A stretch of 10,427 nt of DNA from Pseudobdellovibrionaceae bacterium (GCA_039810425.1 JBDHWW010000078.1:1-10427); one strand, 5' to 3'. Positions 1 through 7,012 are shown, counted from the stretch's first letter. Translations and numbers: made by a program. The notes: a model not told the origin generated them from the letters alone.

Positions 1-82
1 GGCGGACCGCGCGCGCCGAGGACCAGAGGCGCATCGTCGCGCTTGAGTGGGCGGTTCAGGGACAGCCCTGGCCGGCAAGCGC

Positions 83-532
83 CTACGCGCTGAAGCGTTG
101 CGTGGTGAGATACGCGGGATGCAAACGCACATCGCCCAGCTTGAAAGCACAGCCAGCGGCGCACGGGCGGCGCTCGATGCTATGCGTCACGAACTCGCCG
201 GCATACTGCAATTCAATCGGTGAGCCGTTGCCCCATGCGCCGCCGTTGTATGTCATCACACAACCGTCTTGCCCCTTGAATTGACGAAGCGGATTCTGTT
301 GAAGCGGGCGCCCATCTGCGGCCTTCACCGCTGGGCTGTCAAGCCATGCCAGCGGGAAGAATCCGCCCAGCTTGTCAGACCATATCGCCCCTTCCTTCGT
401 CGGCTTCGGCGTGGATGCCTTCGCCACTTTCGTCACTTTCGTCACTGTGCGCCGTGTCGGAGTCTTTGACCACTGCGCCTTCACCGCTGCGATTTGCTCA
501 TCAGTCGGCTCGAATACCTTTACTGCGTCCAT
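83..532 (-). CDS. Hypothetical protein (149 aa, start MDAVKV)
   Basis: Same strand as the operon. ATG at 532 is preceded by SD-like AGGTG. No family recognised. Confidence 0.55.
   Translation of the reverse strand: MDAVKVFEPTDEQIAAVKAQWSKTPTRRTVTKVTKVAKASTPKPTKEGAIWSDKLGGFFPLAWLDSPAVKAADGRPLQQNPLRQFKGQDGCVMTYNGGAWGNGSPIELQYAGEFVTHSIERRPCAAGCAFKLGDVRLHPAYLTTQRFSA
420..446. repeat. Three tandem 9-bp repeats TTCG(C/T)CACT
   Basis: ttcgccact-ttcgtcact-ttcgtcact; encodes the VTKVTKVAK stretch of the 83..532 ORF. Confidence 0.75.
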
Positions 533-560
533 ACTGTCACCTACTCTCACGTAATCACGA

Positions 561-579
561 CACTAGACTTCGCTAGTGC
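561..579. promoter_or_regulatory. Palindrome CACTAG-N6-CTAGTG, copy 1 (operator or recombination-site candidate)
   Basis: cactagacttcgctagtgc, 18/19 identical to 3256-3274. Confidence 0.55.
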
Positions 580-661
580 CGATGGTCGCCAGCCGAAGCC
601 GGCGTTGTCACCTAACCTTTATCCATCTGCCGGCGCTGAAGACTTCTTCTTCAGGGCTGGC

Positions 662-805
662 AAGTGGGGCTTGTCTTGTCCGATGCTGTCGACCCCCTAT
701 AGGGGGTCGGACAGACAGACAATCGGACAGAACGACAATATGCCGGTTGTCTGTCCGATAACCCCACTTTTCGGACGGACAGACAATCGGACAACTCATC
801 GGACA
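662..805. other. Putative replication origin (palindrome plus TCGGACA iterons)
   Basis: Perfect 20-bp palindrome CGACCCCCTATAGGGGGTCG (690-709). TCGGACA at 707, 723, 787 and 799 with a variant at 771, and inverted copies at 677 and 752. A 22/23-bp direct repeat at 707-729 and 771-793. Lies immediately downstream of the helicase gene. Confidence 0.65.
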
Positions 806-826
806 GGCTCTTATGCTAGCCATGCC

Positions 827-2044
827 CTACTCTGCCTCCATCGGCAATTGCTCACCTGTCGACACGTTTGCCAGCCGAAGGTGTCCATCGGCCTCGGTCA
901 GACTGCCGGCGTCGATCATCTCGTTAATTGCTCGATAGACGGTGTCTCGTGCTGGCTCGAAGTCCTTACCGTCATACATGACTTGCAACTCATTCTTCAT
1001 CAGCATGTTCGCAACCTGCGCCCGCGTCTTCGCCGGCCTCACGTTCAGATTGCACCGCGTCAGGATGAACGTCTTGATTGTCTCGGTCTTCGTCGGCTTC
1101 TTGTCCGCCCCACCCATCTTTCGTGTCACGTCTTCGGATGTGTAGACGGCCTTGACGCCAATCTCCTTGCCGGCTTCGTTGACAACTGGCTCAAGGCTGA
1201 AGGTCGCGATGAATGGGATAAGCGGGGATGACTTCGCCTTCGTCAACGCGATCTTGACACCCTTCGCCAGCCCTTCTTCGCTCTCACCGCCGATGAGTTC
1301 AATCTGATGCTGCATTGCGGCTTTGATTGCCGACGAGCCGCGTGCGCCGCGCGTCTTGTCCTTGCCGGCGTGGTGAATGACGACAATCGTGCAGCTGGCT
1401 CGACGTGCAATGTCTTCGAGTGCGTTCATCACATGCTTCATTGCTTCGGTGTTTTCATCGACTAAGTGTGTCTTGCTCAGTGAGTCGACGAACAAAACTT
1501 CTATGCCGGCTTCTTTCACTGCCTCGATTACTTCGCTGCGCACCGCTTCATCAGTCAAGTCAAGTTGCCCCAAGTCGGACGACCACCACAGATTCGCATC
1601 TGCTTCGTCGTCAAGTTCATTGGGTGCGCCTACGTCTAGCTTGTTCATGCGATTCTGAAGCGTGGTGTAGTTGCCTTCCAAGTCGATATAGCCGACCTTG
1701 CGCTTCTGCAGCTGATACTTCCCTGCCCATACACCGCCGTATGACAACTTGCGCATCATGTCACCGACGCACCACGATTTGCCGGCGCCACTTTGCGCGA
1801 CGATTGCGGACACAAGGCCAACAGGCAACACGTCAGGAATAATCCACTCGATAGGCGGGCATTCCATTGCGCGAAGTGCCTTGTTGTCGATGAACCTGAT
1901 GCGGCGAAGCGGCTTGTCGCCTTCGTCCTGTCGCGGCTTCTCATCAACTGCCGGCGCCGCTGGCTTGTGTCCGTTCGTGCTGGGCTTCATGTGGTCGACG
2001 CTGAAGGTGTCAAGGAATGAAGGCTTAGTCTTTGTTGCGTTCAT
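827..2044 (-). CDS. AAA_25 / RepA-like (RecA-fold, SF4-type) replicative helicase
   Basis: IEWIIPDVLP motif, Walker A AQSGAGKS, YIDLEG, Walker B VLFVDS, VIHHAGK and RGSSAI motifs. ATGA overlap with the upstream primase gene. Confidence 0.88.
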   Translation of the reverse strand: MNATKTKPSFLDTFSVDHMKPSTNGHKPAAPAVDEKPRQDEGDKPLRRIRFIDNKALRAMECPPIEWIIPDVLPVGLVSAIVAQSGAGKSWCVGDMMRKLSYGGVWAGKYQLQKRKVGYIDLEGNYTTLQNRMNKLDVGAPNELDDEADANLWWSSDLGQLDLTDEAVRSEVIEAVKEAGIEVLFVDSLSKTHLVDENTEAMKHVMNALEDIARRASCTIVVIHHAGKDKTRGARGSSAIKAAMQHQIELIGGESEEGLAKGVKIALTKAKSSPLIPFIATFSLEPVVNEAGKEIGVKAVYTSEDVTRKMGGADKKPTKTETIKTFILTRCNLNVRPAKTRAQVANMLMKNELQVMYDGKDFEPARDTVYRAINEMIDAGSLTEADGHLRLANVSTGEQLPMEAE

Positions 2045-3156
2045 CGTGACACCCCCACCCGCTTCAGATAATCGCGTGATGCCTTCTGCGGCGTCACATT
2101 CACATTGCCGGCCTTCTGCGGCTTCGGCGTCAACTTCATTCCCATCTTCTCGGCCAGCGCCTTCACTGCGGCCTTCACATCTCCGCCGTATTCAAACTCA
2201 CACAGAAGATCGAACGGCTTGAATTGATACCGCTTCTCGCAAGTCTCATTCATCGGGTCATTCGCGCTGAAGGTATAAGCGTGGTCGCCGTCGAAGTAGC
2301 CGCTAATGCCGTCGCGTGGATTCTTGTCAGGTCGTGTGAAGTGGCGTCCATCTTTGGAGATGGTGTAGCCGTAAAACTCCATGACTTTGCGAAGATCTGT
2401 CGCCGCGTTGAATGCGTCGATTACGCTGTTGCCCTCATCGCCCTGCCCTGCTTTCATTTCGATGGGCTTCTGCTCGGCCTTCTTCGCCGGCTTCAAGTCG
2501 GCGCGGATGGCGTCTATCATCTGCTTTGCGTCGTAGTCGCTCGAGGGGGTGTGATCTGTTTCAATCACTGCCCGCATCAAGTCAAGATCATCGACGGTGA
2601 TTGTCGGCAGTGTCATGGTCGGCAATGCGTCTAGCTTGTAGGTATATGCGTTGCCAGTATGCACAGCGAAGCGTGGCGCACGATAGTAAATCTCGCGGGT
2701 GAATGTGAATTTGACTTGGTCGACTTCGCACGTCTTCACATTGAAGACGCCCATCGTGCGCGAGTGTGGCCGCTTCATGTGAACTTTGTCGTGGTCGCCG
2801 GCCAGCAGCATGTAGGCGCGAAGTCCTGAGCCGCTGGGCGTAATCTCAACATAGGGGTCGAACTTCATCAACATCCACAGCGCCACAGCGTCGATGACAC
2901 CCTGCCCTGCATTCAGACAGTCGTCAAGGTCGACTGCGACAAGGTTGCCGACTCTGTTCATGCGGACGCCAAGATAAGGCGTCGCCGGCTTCAACATCGC
3001 CTTCGCTTGTGCGAAGGTCTTCAAGGCGTCGTCACCATTCCAACCAGTAAGCGGGATGCCTTCTGCGTCGGATGGCTGCTTCATCTTATTGGCAATAAGC
3101 CAACACTTCGTCGCGCCAAGTAGCGCGACAATCGGGGAAACTTCTACGGTTTGCAT
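2041..3156 (-). CDS. Prim-Pol (AEP superfamily, NrS-1-like) primase-polymerase, 371 aa
   Basis: VAVDLDDCL (DxD), YVEITPSGSGLR and EIY...RF...TG motifs. The C-terminal IDAFN...GY...RP...FS..DP...PFDL...GGD...A region is typical of phage primases. SD GGGAG precedes ATG 3156. Confidence 0.8.
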   Translation of the reverse strand: MQTVEVSPIVALLGATKCWLIANKMKQPSDAEGIPLTGWNGDDALKTFAQAKAMLKPATPYLGVRMNRVGNLVAVDLDDCLNAGQGVIDAVALWMLMKFDPYVEITPSGSGLRAYMLLAGDHDKVHMKRPHSRTMGVFNVKTCEVDQVKFTFTREIYYRAPRFAVHTGNAYTYKLDALPTMTLPTITVDDLDLMRAVIETDHTPSSDYDAKQMIDAIRADLKPAKKAEQKPIEMKAGQGDEGNSVIDAFNAATDLRKVMEFYGYTISKDGRHFTRPDKNPRDGISGYFDGDHAYTFSANDPMNETCEKRYQFKPFDLLCEFEYGGDVKAAVKALAEKMGMKLTPKPQKAGNVNVTPQKASRDYLKRVGVSR

Positions 3157-3179
3157 ATCGAAACTCCCACATAAAAGGC

Positions 3180-3207
3180 TTGTTTCGACAGCACCGCGCG
3201 ATATAAT
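3180..3207 (+). promoter_or_regulatory. Sigma70-like promoter, antisense to the primase leader
   Basis: TTGTTT (3180-3185), N16, perfect TATAAT (3202-3207). Confidence 0.45.
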
Positions 3208-3212
3208 TGGGG

Positions 3213-3290
3213 TTGTCCAGACGCCCAAGCATCCGCCGATGCCGTCAATGCGCCCCACTAGACTTTGCTAGTGCGGGCGTTTTGCGTTTT
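3213..3290 (+). ncRNA. Candidate ~75-nt counter-transcript (antisense) RNA
   Basis: Bounded by the + strand promoter and a + strand intrinsic terminator, in the gap between an RHH gene and the primase gene. Confidence 0.4.
3251..3290 (+). terminator. Rho-independent terminator-like hairpin; contains copy 2 of CACTAG-N6-CTAGTG
   Basis: Stem CGCCCCACTAG / CTAGTG(C)GGGCG with a 6-nt loop, followed by TTTTGCGTTTT. Confidence 0.6.
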
Positions 3291-3563
3291 CTAGGCCATT
3301 GCAGCCTCACATTGTTTTGTCGTCTTCGTCATCTCGCCAAACAGATTCAACTGCGGGCGGATAATCTCATCGTCAAGGATGATTGCGCCAGTCGTCTCAA
3401 ATTTGCGAAGTGCAGTGAGCAGGACATGGCGCGTCAATTCGCCGTCAGACTTGCCAACCGCGTCGGCCACGACTGCCAGTCTCTTCGCTTCATCTTCGCT
3501 CAGCCGCATGATCTTTAGAACCCTGCGGGCGTCTTCGCCCTTCCGGTATTCACGCTTTGCCAT
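3291..3563 (-). CDS. Ribbon-helix-helix (CopG/MobC-like) DNA-binding protein, 90 aa
   Basis: IMRLSEDEAKRLAVVADAVGKSDGELTRHVL fits the RHH pattern. SD GAGGTG and its own promoter lie upstream. C-terminal QLNLF. Confidence 0.65.
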   Translation of the reverse strand: MAKREYRKGEDARRVLKIMRLSEDEAKRLAVVADAVGKSDGELTRHVLLTALRKFETTGAIILDDEIIRPQLNLFGEMTKTTKQCEAAMA

Positions 3564-3586
3564 TTTGCACCTCATCTATGTATAAC

Positions 3587-3614
3587 ATTTTACCACATGA
3601 ATGTATTAGCGCAA
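3587..3614 (-). promoter_or_regulatory. Extended -10 sigma70-like promoter for the RHH-primase-helicase operon
   Basis: TTGCGC-N16-TAAAAT with TGTGG directly upstream of the -10 (TGTGGTAAAAT). Confidence 0.6.
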
Positions 3615-3617
3615 AGG

Positions 3618-3812
3618 TCAAATGTCGCCCTTCCCTACGTCTTCTGCGGCCAACTCGGCCAGGTATCGCCCGCCAGCCTTGCCCTGCTTCTTAGCCTTCG
3701 CCTTCAACTTCTCCCACACCGTCTTCGGGACATACACGTCGACTCGCGCTGAGTCTTTTACGGGCGTCTCACGCTGCGGGCGTGGCGTCGTCTTAATCTG
3801 TCGCTTTGCCAT
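3618..3812 (-). CDS. Small ribbon-helix-helix-like protein, 64 aa
   Basis: RVDVYVPKTVWEKLKAKAKKQGKAGGRYLAELA has a strand-helix-G-helix pattern. SD AGGAG. Confidence 0.65.
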   Translation of the reverse strand: MAKRQIKTTPRPQRETPVKDSARVDVYVPKTVWEKLKAKAKKQGKAGGRYLAELAAEDVGKGDI

Positions 3813-3831
3813 AGTTAAATCTCCTATTTAT

Positions 3832-4208
3832 CCGTCTCACTTCGAGCCGGCTTTACCGTCTCGAATTGTCGTTCTAATCGTCGCAAATGAGACGCTTCAG
3901 CCGTCTCACTTGCCGTCTCGAATGAGACGCTTCGTCTGTCTCGAGCCGTCTCACCATCCGTCGCGCTGGGCGTCTCATTCGCGGGTGTCAACCGTCTCAC
4001 TATCCGTCTCACGGTGCGTCTCATTCACCGTCGCGCCGGCACTCGCGGCCAACCGTCTCACCGCTGCGCATGGCGTGAGACGCTTCAGCCGTCTCGCAAT
4101 GCGACGATGTGTCGTCACATCGTCTCACTTTGGCGTCTCGAAACAGGGTAGGGTGAGACGCATTCAGAACGTCTCACCCTACCACTTCCAACCGTCTCAA
4201 ATGAGACG
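3832..4208. repeat. Dense non-coding array of CGTCTC/GAGACG hexamers with nested palindromes
   Basis: Manual count gives 15 CGTCTC and 5 GAGACG in about 376 bp, plus CGTCGC variants. Perfect 14-bp stem at 4147-4160/4170-4183. A 20-bp direct repeat TGAGACGCTTCAGCCGTCTC at 3888 and 4076. Confidence 0.9.
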
Positions 4209-5414
4209 CTATTCGCCATCGTCGCCGGCCTCCGTTGACTGCGTCTTTTTGCGCCGGCGATATGCCTTTTGCTTGCATGACGATGAGCAGTAGTCTTGCT
4301 TCGGGTCGCCCACGAATTTCTTACCGCATTCAGCGCACGTCTGCTTCGTGTCTTTGTGAAGGTTGGCTGGGTCGCCCTTCGGTAACTTCGTTACGACTTT
4401 TGCCGGCTCACCGATGCGTCTCGCGGGCTGGGCTTCGTCGATCACTTCAGCGTCTTCGGCGTCCTTCGCCAGTCGTGGGGTGAGCGACTTACTGCCGGCC
4501 TTCTTGCCGCCGATAATCCAGTCGCGCTTACCGTCTCCATCAACGTCTTTGAAGTCGATGAATGACGCGACGATGTGAGCCGTGATTGCAGTGATGACAG
4601 ACAGCCCGATTGCAGACACATACACCGACTCGCCAATTTCGCCCAGCACGTCAACGATAGGGACGCGAATGCCGGCCAAGCTTGATACAGTTTCAACCGT
4701 CACCACCGTCAGAAATGCGCCGTAGGCAATGCAGAACGCCCGCCACATCCACGCATCGAATTCATCCTGTGCTTCGTTGGCCTTCGTCAATGACAGGTAA
4801 GCCCACACGAAGCACGTCTCAAGCACAAGGCCACAGATTGCGGCAAGCATCGGATTGATGCCGCGGCTCATGCCGAAGTAGGCTGATGCAATCGCGGAAG
4901 CCAGCACCGCCACGGCCTTCGCAATGAAGCCCACATACTTCGCCGCCGCCGCTGATGCGCTTTCATATTCGGTTGCGTCGCGCATCGTCAGCGGGATAAG
5001 AATGACGGGCACAAGGGCAAGCGCCGCAAGCAAGCCGGCCACAATCTGACCGATGCCACTTAGCGCATCGGGCACGGCCATAAGCCCGCCACGAAGCGCC
5101 GTATTCAATCCAACCAGTGTGAGCGTCACGCCAATCCACGCAATCAGGATGATTGCGCCGGCGCCCTTCGTCGGCATGTGGTTAGTCGTCAGCACGCGTC
5201 CCAGCGTCACCACGACTACACCGACAGACGCAATGACAGCCAGCCCAGCTTCAACCGCACCCGTATTGAGCCGGTCAGCAAATAGTGAGAAGACGCTATA
5301 GCAAGCGAATAGCACCACGGCCACGAATAGCGCAGCCACGGCCACCATTGACGCGCCACCGAAGCGGCTGAAGTCGAATGTTTGAACCTTTGTTTTTGTC
5401 TCAGTAGAATTCAT
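4209..5414 (-). CDS. Polytopic membrane protein (~8 TM) with a C-terminal Cys4 zinc finger, 401 aa
   Basis: About 8 hydrophobic segments, then DVDGDGKRD, a charged linker, and CAECGKKF...YCSSSCKQKAYRRRKK. SD GAGGTG precedes ATG 5414. Confidence 0.8.
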   Translation of the reverse strand: MNSTETKTKVQTFDFSRFGGASMVAVAALFVAVVLFACYSVFSLFADRLNTGAVEAGLAVIASVGVVVVTLGRVLTTNHMPTKGAGAIILIAWIGVTLTLVGLNTALRGGLMAVPDALSGIGQIVAGLLAALALVPVILIPLTMRDATEYESASAAAAKYVGFIAKAVAVLASAIASAYFGMSRGINPMLAAICGLVLETCFVWAYLSLTKANEAQDEFDAWMWRAFCIAYGAFLTVVTVETVSSLAGIRVPIVDVLGEIGESVYVSAIGLSVITAITAHIVASFIDFKDVDGDGKRDWIIGGKKAGSKSLTPRLAKDAEDAEVIDEAQPARRIGEPAKVVTKLPKGDPANLHKDTKQTCAECGKKFVGDPKQDYCSSSCKQKAYRRRKKTQSTEAGDDGE

Positions 5415-5435
5415 CTCGCACCTCATACGTGCATC

Positions 5436-5472
5436 GTTGCCCGCCAACTCTGCGAAGGGTGGGGCGGGCAAC
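5436..5472. promoter_or_regulatory. GC-rich hairpin upstream of the membrane-protein RBS (attenuator or processing site candidate)
   Basis: GTTGCCCGCC (5436-5445) / GGCGGGCAAC (5463-5472), a perfect 10-bp stem. Confidence 0.45.
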
Positions 5473-5493
5473 TTTGCGAATAAACCAACGCGC

Positions 5494-5703
5494 TTAGGCG
5501 TCGGCCTCGTTTACAAACTTCTTGCCCTTCGTCTTCAGCTTCAGCCTTCCCGCCCGCATTTCATCGCGGCCATGCCGTGCGAGTAGGGTGATGAGGCTTG
5601 AAAGCGTCGCGCCGTGCTTCGCGGCGATTGCGTCCAACTCAATCCATTCACTCTCGCGCAATGCCAAGCCTCTCGCGCTCACAGGGTTAATCCGCTTTGC
5701 CAT
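5494..5703 (-). CDS. Small ribbon-helix-helix-like protein (RHH_4-like), 69 aa
   Basis: GLALRESEWIELDAIAAKHGATLSSLITLLA. TGATG coupling to the upstream ORF. An alternative GTG start lies at 5706. Confidence 0.6.
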   Translation of the reverse strand: MAKRINPVSARGLALRESEWIELDAIAAKHGATLSSLITLLARHGRDEMRAGRLKLKTKGKKFVNEADA

Positions 5704-5909
5704 CACTTGCCTTCCTTCGCGGCGTTCTCCGCGTCAATCATCTTGCGAACCTTTGCGCGGTTTGCATCAGTGAACTCAAGCCCTTCACGATTGCAGCGGG
5801 CGTATTCTTCCTCGAAGCGTCGCAGTCTTTCAATGTCGGCTTGCTGGGCGGCTCTGTCTGTCGCTCTGATTGCGGCGCGTCGCTGCTTTGCTTTCGCTTT
5901 ATCTGCCAT
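5703..5909 (-). CDS. Hypothetical helical basic protein, 68 aa (MADKAKAK...)
   Basis: SD GGGAG before ATG 5909. Stop overlaps the next start. Confidence 0.6.
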   Translation of the reverse strand: MADKAKAKQRRAAIRATDRAAQQADIERLRRFEEEYARCNREGLEFTDANRAKVRKMIDAENAAKEGK

Positions 5910-5970
5910 CTGTAATCTCCCAAGCGCCGGCACATGAAACACTGCCACATGCCGGCGCTTAATCACATGC

Positions 5971-6630
5971 CTAATTGCCAGCGCCCGCGGCATCAATCTG
6001 TGCATCGTTCGCTACACATCGGCCATTGCGCCAATACTTCAACGGGCACGGCTGCACGCTCTCATCGACTGAAGGTGAGGCCAGGTCGAAGCCGGCCACG
6101 TCAGGCGTCGCAGTCACGACCACGACCACTTCACGCGTTACTTCAATCGGTTGATTGACGATGCGCGTGGCCTCGACCACGTAGGGCGTCGGAGTAATCG
6201 CGCCCGCGCCGGCCAGTGGGTGAGCCGTTGCCGTTGGGTATGTCGTGCCCAACGCTTCAGCCGTTGCCCGTGCGCTATTGACGCCATCGCTGCTACAGCC
6301 GGAAGCCATCAACAGCGCCACGATTGAAAGCGCAAGCGCGAAGATTGAAACGAAGCGACGATGTGATGCTGATGACTCAACAGCCACGACAGGATTCACC
6401 GCGAAGAATGCCAGCCAGTGATACAGCCACGAAGCCCAGCGGCGTCGGTGTTTTGCATCAGCCGCGAAGACGATATGGCAAAGTTGCCGGCGTGCCCGTG
6501 GGCTTGCCTTGTGATAGAGCCGTGTGAACTCACGCGCTTCATACGTGCCCACGCGTGGCTTCACGGCTTCACCCGATGCGCGAAGAATGGCGTCAAGCTT
6601 ATCGTCAGTCCATTGCGTGTTTGTCGTCAT
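5971..6630 (-). CDS. Membrane/lipoprotein-like hypothetical protein, 219 aa
   Basis: Basic N-terminus, internal TM helix ending in lipobox-like LMASGC (Cys112), T/P/V-rich linker (TPTP...EVTREVVVVVTATP), C-terminal Cys pair. ATGA overlap with the upstream ORF. Confidence 0.7.
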   Translation of the reverse strand: MTTNTQWTDDKLDAILRASGEAVKPRVGTYEAREFTRLYHKASPRARRQLCHIVFAADAKHRRRWASWLYHWLAFFAVNPVVAVESSASHRRFVSIFALALSIVALLMASGCSSDGVNSARATAEALGTTYPTATAHPLAGAGAITPTPYVVEATRIVNQPIEVTREVVVVVTATPDVAGFDLASPSVDESVQPCPLKYWRNGRCVANDAQIDAAGAGN

Positions 6631-6863
6631 GGCAACACCACCTTCGCTTCAACGTAAGCGGCGTTGCGGGCTGCGGCTAGTGCGGCGTTGCGCTTCACTG
6701 CGGCCTTATGCTGGGGAGATTGCAAGCGCCAATCCTTAGCGGCTCGTTTCTCTGCGACGTGTCGCTTCGTCCATCCTGACGCAAGCAACTCATCAACGCG
6801 CTTGAGGATCCACGCCTCACGCGCTGACAATGGAGTAGGGGAGTTAAGTTTTTCTGTCTTCAT
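6627..6863 (-). CDS. Hypothetical basic protein, 78 aa (MKTEKL...)
   Basis: SD GAGG before ATG 6863. First gene after the 7013-7040 promoter. Coupled to the next gene. Confidence 0.6.
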   Translation of the reverse strand: MKTEKLNSPTPLSAREAWILKRVDELLASGWTKRHVAEKRAAKDWRLQSPQHKAAVKRNAALAAARNAAYVEAKVVLP

Positions 6864-6907
6864 CTTGCGGCCTCTTCTACAGACCACCGATGAAAGAAAT
6901 GAGGAAA

Positions 6908-6927
6908 TGTAGAGGATAATTTCTACA
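6908..6927. promoter_or_regulatory. Inverted repeat TGTAGA-N8-TCTACA (operator candidate)
   Basis: tgtaga ggataatt tctaca in an AT-rich leader. Related sites lie at 9894-9907 and 10312-10330. Confidence 0.4.
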
Positions 6928-7012
6928 GGTCATCACTGCTTCTACCAGTGGTTGACTTAGTGGCTGATGGGTGGTTGTAACACCTGTCGGCCACGTCTCT
7001 TATACGCTAGGA

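Noticed and set aside
1..82. tRNA or annotatable host gene at the left flank
   Set aside because: No tRNA-like fold is visible and the stretch is too short to assign a reading frame.
494..1231. 245-aa + strand ORF and minus ORF 608..823
   Set aside because: These are shadows of the helicase gene and origin repeats, with no recognisable motifs.
3832..4208. CRISPR array
   Set aside because: The repeats are only 6-8 bp, occur in both orientations with irregular spacing, and there are no cas genes.
3833..4208. Synthetic Golden Gate (BsmBI) construct artefact
   Set aside because: The sites are interspersed with degenerate variants in a natural-looking context, and there are no vector parts.
3622..4293. 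223-aa + strand ORF and 66-aa minus ORF 3824..4024
   Set aside because: Both are low-complexity translations of the repeat array. The repeat falls in shifting frames, there is no clear RBS, and the long ORF overlaps real genes antisense.
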